Below, one piece after another: positions 33,512-41,544 of a DNA stretch of 64,000 nucleotides (the stretch's first letter is position 1; the number at the start of each line of letters is the position of its first letter). This stretch comes from Deltaproteobacteria bacterium HGW-Deltaproteobacteria-6 (GTDB taxonomy: Bacteria; Desulfobacterota; Syntrophia; Syntrophales; Smithellaceae), in contig PHAT01000002.1 in the NCBI GenBank assembly GCA_002840435.1, positions 202,696-266,695 of the forward strand, in the 5' to 3' direction. Position numbers and translations under genes: made by a program. The notes beneath the pieces were generated by a model. It had not been told where the DNA came from. It searched no databases and was given only the letters and a program-made list of their open reading frames with translations.

Positions 33512-35134
33512 ATGAAAGAGGTTCTCATCGCCGCAAGTGGTATTATCTTATTTCTGGTCGGTATGATCCGCCTTTCTTCCGTCGTTCGCCGCCTGATGAA
33601 CGCCAGGATAAAAGAACTGGTCAAATATGCCGTGGATAAACCATTCTATGGGCTTCTCACCGGCGTCGCCTCTGCGATCGTTTTTCAAAGTTCTTCAGCG
33701 TCAACCGCGCTTACGATCGGCCTGGTCAGCGCCGGTTTGATCAGCTTTTACAGTTCGCTGGCCATTATTCTGGGCGCGGACATCGGCACCACCCTGACCG
33801 TGCAGTTTGTTATCTGGCGGTTTACGGAATTTTCTCCTCTTTTTGTTTCCATCGGGGGGCTTTTGTGGCTGACCCGCCGGGGACGATGGAAAACAGCCGG
33901 AGAGATGATCTTTTATTTCGGCCTGATTTTCTTCGGTCTGGAGATCATCAGTCAAACGGCGGCGCCGCTCAAACAATCACCGGTCTTTGTTCATTACTTT
34001 ACTCAGGCCAAAAACCCTTTATTCGGACTGGGGCTGGGGATCGTGGTGACCGCCATTGTCCATGCCTCCGCAATACCGATCAGTATTCTGGCCGTTTTGG
34101 CGCAGCAGGATCTGGTCGGGTTGGAAAACGCCATACCCGTTGTTCTGGGCGCGAATATCGGCACCACCGTGACGGCGCTTCTGGCCGGAACGGTTGCGAA
34201 TGTCAGCGGGAAGAGAACCGCCGCGTCTCACCTGATTTTCAAATGCGTCGGTGTTTTGCTTTGTCTGATATTGTTTCCGCTTTTCCTCGACCTCCTTCGA
34301 AGCATGTCCGCAAGCGTTGCCCAGCAGATCGTTTGGGCCCATTTTTTATTGAACCTGTTGATCGTTGTTGTTTTTATTTTTTTTCTGCGGCCTTTCGCAA
34401 AGCTGATGAAGAAAATTCTTCCCGGGGAAGACGACGTCCTGCCTATCTGGCCGGAATATCTTGACCGTAAAGATTTAATGGATCCGGTCAAGTCGCTCAC
34501 TCATGTGCAAAAGGAGCTCCAGCGCCAGCTAAAACTCGTGCAAATCATGTTTGCCAAAACCGCCGGCCTGCTGTCCCGCTATGAAGAGGGAAGAGGCAGG
34601 GACATTGCTTACATTGAGATGGTGGTCAACAATTTGCGTGCGCAGATTGTCCGGTTTCTCTGGAAGGCATCGGGCCACGAGTTGTCCGCTGAGCTTTCCA
34701 GAAGGGTCTTTGCCTATACGGCCATGGCCGGAGACATTAAGAGCATCGGCAATCATCTCCAGTCGATCAGCGTTCTTGCCGGTGAGCAGGCGTTAAGCAA
34801 AATCAAATTCAGCGACTGCGGTGAAAGAGAACTTCAGGAAATCCTGGCAATGGTCGAGAAAAATCTTACGGACGCATCAGCCCTTCTGGAGATTTTTAAT
34901 ACGGAAATCGTAAAGGCCGTTTTCAGCCGCGAGGAGGAAATCGATGTCCGGGTCAAGGAATCACTGGAAAATCATCTGAAAAGATTTCATTTGCGCGAAT
35001 GCAGCCGGGAATCCGGGCCGATATTTGTCGAAATGCTGGGGCATCTGGAACGCATCTCCGATCATTGCAACAATATAGCGGAGTATGTCCGGGATATCTA
35101 TCATGGAAGCCCTGGTGAAAAACGTATTGCCTGA
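33512..35134 (+). CDS. Na+/phosphate cotransporter family protein with C-terminal PhoU-like domain
   Basis: 540 aa. Duplicated Na/Pi-cotransporter motif (QSSSASTALTIGLV, GADIGTTLT / GANIGTTVTAL) followed by a soluble helical domain ending in ERISDHCNNIAEY. Confidence 0.85.
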   Translation: MKEVLIAASGIILFLVGMIRLSSVVRRLMNARIKELVKYAVDKPFYGLLTGVASAIVFQSSSASTALTIGLVSAGLISFYSSLAIILGADIGTTLTVQFVIWRFTEFSPLFVSIGGLLWLTRRGRWKTAGEMIFYFGLIFFGLEIISQTAAPLKQSPVFVHYFTQAKNPLFGLGLGIVVTAIVHASAIPISILAVLAQQDLVGLENAIPVVLGANIGTTVTALLAGTVANVSGKRTAASHLIFKCVGVLLCLILFPLFLDLLRSMSASVAQQIVWAHFLLNLLIVVVFIFFLRPFAKLMKKILPGEDDVLPIWPEYLDRKDLMDPVKSLTHVQKELQRQLKLVQIMFAKTAGLLSRYEEGRGRDIAYIEMVVNNLRAQIVRFLWKASGHELSAELSRRVFAYTAMAGDIKSIGNHLQSISVLAGEQALSKIKFSDCGERELQEILAMVEKNLTDASALLEIFNTEIVKAVFSREEEIDVRVKESLENHLKRFHLRECSRESGPIFVEMLGHLERISDHCNNIAEYVRDIYHGSPGEKRIA

Positions 35135-35192
35135 ATCGGCAATATCTTCTATAATGCTTCACAAATGTGATCATCCGCCTAAGGGGGTATTC

Positions 35193-35711
35193 ATGGATAA
35201 AAGAATCAACGCGTTGGCTTTTGCTTTGGAAAATGAAGAAAAAGAGCGCGAGTTTTACCTGGCGCATGCCCGGAAAACCAGGAATATGGCGGGCAAAAAT
35301 ATGTTCAAACAGATTGCCGATGAAGAAAAGGAACATTTTGAAGTTCTGAAAAAGCTCCATGATAAATGGGCAGAGCAGAAGAAATGGCCGGCAACCGTTC
35401 CCCTGAAAGTGAAGAAATCATTAGCGGGGACGATCTTAAAATCCATGTCCGGCAAAAAATCGGCCCGGATGACCGGCACGGAAGAGGAGCTCAAAGCCGT
35501 CCGCACGGCGATTGATTTCGAAGCTCGTGGTGTCGCGCTGTATACCAAACTGGAAAAACAGTGCACGGACCCGAAGGAAATAGCGTTTTTCAACATGCTG
35601 GCCGGGGTCGAGCGCGAGCATCTGTTGTCGCTTAAGGATACAGAAGAATTTCTGGCCGATCCGGCTACCTGGTTTCAGCATGTGGAGCGATCAGGCCTGG
35701 ACGGGGCATAG
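35193..35711 (+). CDS. Ferritin-like/rubrerythrin-family diiron protein (no rubredoxin domain)
   Basis: 172 aa from the ATG at 35193. It has paired E...ExxH motifs (ALENEEKEREFY..., ADEEKEHFEVL, IDFEARGVALY, AGVEREHLLSL). The track's longer form would overlap the previous gene. Confidence 0.7.
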   Translation: MDKRINALAFALENEEKEREFYLAHARKTRNMAGKNMFKQIADEEKEHFEVLKKLHDKWAEQKKWPATVPLKVKKSLAGTILKSMSGKKSARMTGTEEELKAVRTAIDFEARGVALYTKLEKQCTDPKEIAFFNMLAGVEREHLLSLKDTEEFLADPATWFQHVERSGLDGA

Positions 35712-36029
35712 GACTGTGCCGCAGGGGAGAAATTTTTATTTTACAGCACGTGCAGTACGGTTATAAATCGTTGCCGTTTGTCCGCAAAAAATGATATCTC
35801 CTCAGCCGTAAAATATATCGTTCACAAGCGTTGTGTTTCAATCGACAAGGCTCTGTTTTACCTTGCATTGTTTTCAATACATTGTATTATCCGACACGCA
35901 TCATAAAAAGAATATTAACTCGAATTACAAAACAGACATTTCACAGCCTGATTATTCGCCTGTGCTGACTTGGACCGGCGGATTTGACGAAACGCCGGCT
36001 GATTTATTTCATTATGCATAGGAGATTGA

Positions 36030-36839
36030 ATGAGATTTAAAATAATTGTTTTGGTTCTGCTTGTATCCCTCCCAACAATCGCAAATGCGATGAAGAACGA
36101 AATATTTCAGGAAATGCTCCACAAAATAAGTGGTGGTGATTTTGTGACCGTAGAGAATTTCCTGGAAAAAAACCGAGATACTTACAAACAAGACCCTGAA
36201 TACTATGTAATCCTGCTCAATTATTCTTTCTCAAAAGAAACACGGAACGAGACTGTTATTGCCAAGGGAGAACCCGGGAAAGGCGACTTATCACTGTGCG
36301 ACACCACGACTGGCGAAGTTGTCGGGTTCATTGGCGAGCGCAACAGGCCTGACAATAAACTCATCGTAAAGAGCATTCAGGAAACGGAAGATGCTTTGAA
36401 ATACTTCAATGATCGTTTGGATATCCATTTTGGTATTGCGCACATTGCATTTGAAACGAAGCACTGGGAAATTCTAAGCCGGCAGTTGCTCGAAATACTG
36501 AAGGTATCAAAAAACATAAACAATAACTGGAAATGGGGTTTGGTAAACGCTATGGAGGGAGATCCGAAGGACTTCATGCTCAACAATGTCCAAGCGAAGA
36601 TAAATGGTCTGTTCTATGTCGATAGCAGCGAAACAGATAAAGTCGTGGAAGCAGTATCAGCTGCCATGATCAGGGAATATCCCGGTGTCATATATGGCTA
36701 TTCCAATTTAGGTGTTCTCTATCTGGCGCAGGAGAAATACGACTTGGCAGAAAATTACATCAATCAGGCTTTGGCCATCGATCCAAAAGATGAAATAGTC
36801 AGCGGAAATCTGAAACTGCTTAGAGAAAAGAAGAAATAG
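36030..36839 (+). CDS. Secreted hypothetical protein with a C-terminal TPR unit (AT-rich islet)
   Basis: 269 aa. Signal peptide MRFKIIVLVLLVSLPTIANA and C-terminal TPR (YSNLGVLYLAQEKYDLAENYINQALAIDPKD). A hand count of sample 60-nt lines gives about 37% GC here, against about 55% in core genes. Confidence 0.6.
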   Translation: MRFKIIVLVLLVSLPTIANAMKNEIFQEMLHKISGGDFVTVENFLEKNRDTYKQDPEYYVILLNYSFSKETRNETVIAKGEPGKGDLSLCDTTTGEVVGFIGERNRPDNKLIVKSIQETEDALKYFNDRLDIHFGIAHIAFETKHWEILSRQLLEILKVSKNINNNWKWGLVNAMEGDPKDFMLNNVQAKINGLFYVDSSETDKVVEAVSAAMIREYPGVIYGYSNLGVLYLAQEKYDLAENYINQALAIDPKDEIVSGNLKLLREKKK

Positions 36840-36893
36840 GTATATCAAAGTCAATGCATCCGCGCGCTACTCCGGTTTCATTGTTTTATTAAA

Positions 36894-37310
36894 TTGGTGA
36901 TAGAAGGGGGAAATTATTGCCAACGTCTGTCTCACAGTATTATTTTTGCTGCATTACTTGGCATAGTAGCCTTAATATTTATTTCTGAGAAGTCCATAAA
37001 AAGGAAGTGTCTTTACTTCTGTATGTTTTTTGCAAGCGGAATGATGCATGATATTTTAGATGCCATGACCAACGGCGGTCTAGGCGTTGCATTCTTTTTT
37101 CCCTTTAGCGACACAAGGTACTTTCTGCCTTGGCAGCCAATTGAGGTATCGCCACTCGGCTTGAAGCGGTTTTTTACTCTCAGGGGGGGCATCAGGAGTG
37201 AAATGCTTTGGCTCATATTACCCTCGTTATGTTTCATGGTTATTGCGGTATTTTACAGAAGGAAAAAGAGTTATAGAAAAATTTATCAGATCACAACTGC
37301 CGATTGCTGA
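36894..37310 (+). CDS. YdjM/DUF457-like membrane-bound metal-dependent hydrolase, N-terminally short (possible remnant)
   Basis: QRLSHSIIFAALLG aligns with E. coli YdjM HRGFTHSLLAVFALL, and GMMHDILDAMTNGGLGVAFFFP aligns with GYLSHILADMLTPAGVPLLWP. The roughly 70 N-terminal residues of YdjM have no counterpart, and the ORF begins at a TTG just after the previous gene. Confidence 0.45.
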   Translation: MVIEGGNYCQRLSHSIIFAALLGIVALIFISEKSIKRKCLYFCMFFASGMMHDILDAMTNGGLGVAFFFPFSDTRYFLPWQPIEVSPLGLKRFFTLRGGIRSEMLWLILPSLCFMVIAVFYRRKKSYRKIYQITTADC

Positions 37311-37347
37311 GCTTCGGCCCAGTTTTTCGATGCAATTCCGAGGCAAT

Positions 37348-37722
37348 ATGAAAATAAGTATCTTTAAAACTGTCATATTGGCATTAACATTAGTTTTGAC
37401 CTGGAGCTTGGTTTACGCAATCGAGCCGATAGAAAAAGACAAAATAGACTATTTGATAAACTCCGTAGAAAAAAGTTCGGATATTTTATTTATACGAAAT
37501 GGATCGGCGCATAACGGGAAGGAAGCGGCCAGTCATTTAAGGGCCAAACTTCAAAAAGCAGGAAACAGCATTAAAACGGCCGATGATTTTATAATATTGT
37601 GCGCATCGAAATCATATATATCAGGCCGGCCGTATTTAATTAAAATTTCTAACGGAAAGACCATCATTGCAGACGTATACTTTAGGAATCTTTTAAAAGG
37701 CTATAAAAGAGATTTGAAGTAA
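37348..37722 (+). CDS. DUF5329-family secreted protein
   Basis: 124 aa from the ATG at 37348. It has a signal peptide, then IDYLINSVEKSSDILFIRNGSAHNGKEAASHLRAKL...SGRPYLIK, which matches my recollection of the DUF5329 pattern. Confidence 0.6.
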   Translation: MKISIFKTVILALTLVLTWSLVYAIEPIEKDKIDYLINSVEKSSDILFIRNGSAHNGKEAASHLRAKLQKAGNSIKTADDFIILCASKSYISGRPYLIKISNGKTIIADVYFRNLLKGYKRDLK

Positions 37723-37746
37723 ACACACTCAGGGTCGAACAACCAT

Positions 37747-37796
37747 GCTGGTTGCTCCGAAATATTTTGATTCAAGCGAAGGACGATTGAACCAGC
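37747..37796. repeat. Copy 3 (inverted) of the CTGGTTCAATC hairpin repeat
   Basis: The reverse complement reads GCTGGTTCAATC-gtccttcgc-TTGAATC-AAAATATTT, parallel to 5444-5477 (GCTGGTTCAATC-attct-GATTGAACC-TTTTATTT). The outer GCTGGTT (37747) pairs with AACCAGC (37790). Confidence 0.65.
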
Positions 37797-37906
37797 GTAA
37801 ATCAATGTTCTGAACATTGTGAGGCATTTTGAGATATCTCCCGTTGGTCGATATGACGAGATGGGGGAAAGGCAGCACACCAGCGCTCGTATTCATCAAT
37901 AAAACT

Positions 37907-38007
37907 TTAATCCCGCTGCTGCGGGACGAGCGTTAATTCTCCGTAGCTTGCTGCGATATAAGCACGTTCATTTCATGCCTCGACAGTTTGCTGCGAGGTG
38001 GTTGATT
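37907..38007. repeat. 100-nt intergenic repeat (family 3, copy D)
   Basis: See copy C (18647-18746). Same orientation and same internal inverted repeat (AATTCTCCGTAGC / GCTGCGAGGTGGTTGATT). Confidence 0.75.
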
Positions 38008-38102
38008 CAGATGACATGTTCTTTGTCACTTCGGCTGCAGCGAGAAGTCTTTATCAATTTGAATCAGTAGTGGGTAAGACAATGCCGGCGTGAGGCGGAA
38101 AA

Positions 38103-40061
38103 CTATCCATTGCTTGCCGGTGTTTCCTCTTCCAGCTTGCAACTCAGTTCCGTCCATAAATGGTAGGCTTGTTCGAGGTCATTTTCGACAGTCTTGAGCT
38201 CCATGGCGAGTTCTTTAATTTTAACCGGGTCTCTGTGCGTCTCCGGATCACACAGGGCTTGTTCACCGGCGGCTTTTCCGGCTTCCAGTCTGGCGATTTT
38301 TTCTTCCACCGCGGCCAGTTCTTTTTTTAATGCGTTTTTGATTTTCGAGAGGCGATTACGTTCCTCCGCTTCGATTCTTTTTTTGTCTTTCAGTGAAAGG
38401 GTTTTATCCGAGGTTGCTTCCCCGCGATTGTCTTTCAGTGAAACGTCCGCCGCCATCTGAGAGCGTTTTTCAATAAAGTAGGAATAATTGCCCGGATAAT
38501 CAAAGATCCTGCCGTCCTTGAGTTCAAACACCTTGTTGACCAGATGATCCAGAAAGTAACGGTCATGGGAGACGATGGCCACCGTACCGAAATAATGGAT
38601 CAGTGCGTTTTGAAAAATATCTTTCGTCTTGATGTCCAGGTGATTGGTGGGTTCATCCAGAATCAAAAAGTTGGTGTCCAAAAGCATGATCTTTAAAAGG
38701 GCCAATCGGGATTTTTCGCCACCCGACAGAATGCCGACGGATTTAAAAATGTCATCGCCGGAAAAAAGAAATGCGCCCAGCAGATTGCGCTTGTCCTGAT
38801 CGTCGGCGGACGTCGGGACGGAATTGACTTCTTCCCAGATGGTATTTGAGTAGGTAAGGTTTTGTGAACTTTCCTGCGAGAAGAAAGCCATGTTGACCCC
38901 GTCGCCGTATTTTACGGCGCCGGAGGTGGGTTCCTCCGAGAGGCTTAAAAGCCGCGAAAGAGTTGATTTGCCTGAACCGTTCACGCCCACGAAGGCGACC
39001 TTGTCACCGCGGAAAAGTGAGAAATTCAGCCCGGAAAAGACCGTCAAGTCGCCATAGGCGTGGCCTAGTTCGGAAACACGGACAACTTCCTTGACACTTT
39101 TTTTGCCTTCCGGAAATTTCATGGCAATGCTTCTGCCGTTTCCGTCCAGCTTGATGTCCTTGAATTTTTCCAGCATTTTAACCCGGCTTTGCACCTGGGC
39201 GGCTTTGCTGGCCTTGTAGCGGAAGCGCTCTACGAATTCCTCAATTTTTCTGATCTGCGCTTTTTGCAGTTCCATTTCTTTCTTCAGCGCTTCCAGCCGC
39301 CGTTCTTTTTCGGCCAGATAATAGGTATAATTGCCTTTATAAATATGAATATGGCGGTTAGAGAGCTCCGCGATTTGCGTGGCGATTTTGTCGAGAAAAA
39401 AATGATCATGGGATATCACCAGAATGGTTCCGGGGTAATCTTTGAGGTAACTTTCCAGCCACTCCATGCTTTCCGTGTCCAGGTGGTTGGTGGGTTCATC
39501 GAGCAGCATGATGTCCGGCCGGGCCAGCAGGATGGAGGTCAGCAGAATCCTCATTTTCCAGCCGCCGGAAAACAAATCACAGGTTTTGGCAAAATCGTTT
39601 TCACGAAACCCGAACCCTTTGAGAATTTGCTTGGCGCGTGCTTCAAAAGCGTAGCCGTCGCGGGTTGAAAACTCGGCTGTCGCGTCGGCATAATGGCGGG
39701 TGAGTTCGCTGTATTCGTGCGTGTTGGGTCTGGCCTGTGAAATTTGCTGTTCCAGACCGCGGATGGTATTTTCCAGTTCCTCTATGCCGCTTTTCTTCCG
39801 GAGATAGTCAATCAGGCCGGTGGCTTCCAGTTCAACCAGATCCTGCGGCAGATAACCGATCTTTTTCTGCTTCCGGTCGGGAATATCGATAAAGCCCGAA
39901 TCGAGATGCACCTGATCCAGGATAGCCCGAAAGAGCGTGGTTTTCCCCGTACCGTTGTCGCCTACCAGACCGATGCGGCTCTTCGGATGGATCGTCCAGT
40001 TAATTTCATCAAACAGTTGCCTGTCTAAAAAAGACAGACTCACATTACGGAAATAAATCAC
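38103..40061 (-). CDS. ABC-F family ATPase (two fused ABC domains, no TM domain)
   Basis: 652 aa. Walker A GDNGTGKTT and GVNGSGKST, signatures FSGGWKMR and LSGGEKSR, an inter-domain linker and a C-terminal coiled coil. Confidence 0.9.
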   Translation of the reverse strand: MIYFRNVSLSFLDRQLFDEINWTIHPKSRIGLVGDNGTGKTTLFRAILDQVHLDSGFIDIPDRKQKKIGYLPQDLVELEATGLIDYLRKKSGIEELENTIRGLEQQISQARPNTHEYSELTRHYADATAEFSTRDGYAFEARAKQILKGFGFRENDFAKTCDLFSGGWKMRILLTSILLARPDIMLLDEPTNHLDTESMEWLESYLKDYPGTILVISHDHFFLDKIATQIAELSNRHIHIYKGNYTYYLAEKERRLEALKKEMELQKAQIRKIEEFVERFRYKASKAAQVQSRVKMLEKFKDIKLDGNGRSIAMKFPEGKKSVKEVVRVSELGHAYGDLTVFSGLNFSLFRGDKVAFVGVNGSGKSTLSRLLSLSEEPTSGAVKYGDGVNMAFFSQESSQNLTYSNTIWEEVNSVPTSADDQDKRNLLGAFLFSGDDIFKSVGILSGGEKSRLALLKIMLLDTNFLILDEPTNHLDIKTKDIFQNALIHYFGTVAIVSHDRYFLDHLVNKVFELKDGRIFDYPGNYSYFIEKRSQMAADVSLKDNRGEATSDKTLSLKDKKRIEAEERNRLSKIKNALKKELAAVEEKIARLEAGKAAGEQALCDPETHRDPVKIKELAMELKTVENDLEQAYHLWTELSCKLEEETPASNG

Positions 40062-40268
40062 TTACGGCTCCCTGCGGTTGAATCTGCGGGACTATAGGAA
40101 AATTGGATATCGATGTCAATGGAATATAACAGGGACTGACCTGAATTGGATTTGACAGAAAGTGTCCCAAAGAGGCTTGTCTTCACGACCATGGCACCTG
40201 CAAAGGCGCACATGACTTTTTCCTGAAAAACATCGATTGTTATTTATATGTGCGGAAATTTGCAGGCG

Positions 40269-40736
40269 CTATTTCTTTTGTTGAATATTGAAATCCCCTA
40301 CAAATGAGCCGAAGGTCGTATTAAAAGGGATGACAATGCTTGGGCCCTCAAGGGTATGGATGATTTCATGATTTTTACCGGAAAATACGGAAGGGATTCC
40401 GGCGGTTACTATGAGGCCTTTGCTTTGCATTCTCTTTCTTGCATCGCCGGAAATCATGTTGGTGAGTTCGCCTGCGGCATCCAGAACTAATTGATTGATG
40501 GCGCTGACGTCTTCACCTATCATATTGGATACTATTTTGAAAATGCAAGCCTCGGAAAAACTTAAGGCCAGCGACCCCGTCATGGATCCTGAAAAGACGA
40601 TGATGCCGGAAACATCACCCATTGCCAATTTGTCCTTTTTTAAAAAGGGTTTTCCCGCGTTTGCATCGATAAATGCCATGACTTTTAAAACATGAATTGA
40701 ACCATCCACAAAGGCATTAATGAGATCGACATTCAT
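40269..40736 (-). CDS. cheX: CheX-like CheY-P phosphatase
   Basis: 155 aa. It has a single CheC/CheX-type active-site motif D-x3-E-x2-N-x21-P (DAAGELTNMISG...TAGIP). It lies directly downstream of a CheY-like receiver gene. Confidence 0.75.
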   Translation of the reverse strand: MNVDLINAFVDGSIHVLKVMAFIDANAGKPFLKKDKLAMGDVSGIIVFSGSMTGSLALSFSEACIFKIVSNMIGEDVSAINQLVLDAAGELTNMISGDARKRMQSKGLIVTAGIPSVFSGKNHEIIHTLEGPSIVIPFNTTFGSFVGDFNIQQKK

Positions 40737-40761
40737 GATTCAAATACTCCTGAAATACGGT

Positions 40762-41145
40762 TCAATGGGCTTGCCCCATAACCCGGGCAACGCTGTCCGT
40801 CAGATCTTTGACGTTAAATGGCTTGGTAATAAAATCATTGGCGCCGCTTTTGAAGGCCTGGTCTATCGTGATATCGAGAGTCTCAACAGATAACATGATA
40901 AAAGGAATTTGAGAGATTTCCTGGTCTGCCCGAACTTTTATCAGAAGTTCAATCCCCGTCATTCCCAACATATTCCAGTCGGAGATGATGAGATCTATCT
41001 TTTGAGCCTTTAAGATCTTGTAGGCCGAAACACCATCTTTCGCCACGATGAAATGTTTATAGCCTTCCTGCTCCAGGATATTTTGGACAAGCATCCTGAT
41101 GAGTTCACTATCATCGACGATCAGAATGGTGGTTTCTTCATTCAT
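40762..41145 (-). CDS. Single-domain CheY-like response regulator
   Basis: 127 aa. ILIVDDS, the phospho-acceptor context DLIISDWNMLGMTG, and ITKPF. Confidence 0.85.
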   Translation of the reverse strand: MNEETTILIVDDSELIRMLVQNILEQEGYKHFIVAKDGVSAYKILKAQKIDLIISDWNMLGMTGIELLIKVRADQEISQIPFIMLSVETLDITIDQAFKSGANDFITKPFNVKDLTDSVARVMGQAH

Positions 41146-41481
41146 GGCTGTGCCTCGTTATTTGAATCGAATGATGTTGTTGAAAATGTTTTTCAATCTT
41201 TATATCCTGTTTTCCCGACTGTGATGAAGTATTTCAACCATTAGCATTGAAGATATAGCATAATATGCCAAAATGTAAAAGTAAGGTGTGCAGGAAAAAA
41301 GTGACCGGGGAATTTATCATCTACTGTTAAGCGGGGGGTAATTGTCAGGGTTGTTATTATCAAATGTCAAGTCAGCATTCAGCCATTTTTGGCTTGTATC
41401 CGGTTGAAAGTTTCCGATTGCGATGCAAACTCTATTTTAAAAAAATTAGTGAGATGTTTGGAAGTGTGTAAAACTGATACA

Positions 41482-41518
41482 TCCGTCTTCCCCGCAGAGT
41501 TCTGCGGAGAAGACGGAG
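41482..41518 (-). terminator. Hairpin downstream of the large beta-helix lipoprotein gene
   Basis: TCCGTCTTCCCCGCAGA-gt-TCTGCGGAGAAGACGGA (17-bp stem with one or two mismatches), 27 nt after the stop on the minus strand. The U-tract is weak. Confidence 0.55.
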
Positions 41519-41544
41519 TATAGAGATGCCATTGCTTTCCGGTA

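Noticed and set aside
37198-37347. N-terminal extension of the DUF5329 ORF overlapping the YdjM-like ORF (possible frameshifted fusion)
   Set aside because: The extension has no signal peptide or family similarity. The ATG at 37348 gives a normal signal peptide directly followed by the DUF5329 domain.
41256-41271. Sigma54 promoter (TTGGCATATTATGCTA on the minus strand) upstream of the CheY-like gene
   Set aside because: The GG and GC elements are separated by 8 nt instead of the required 10.
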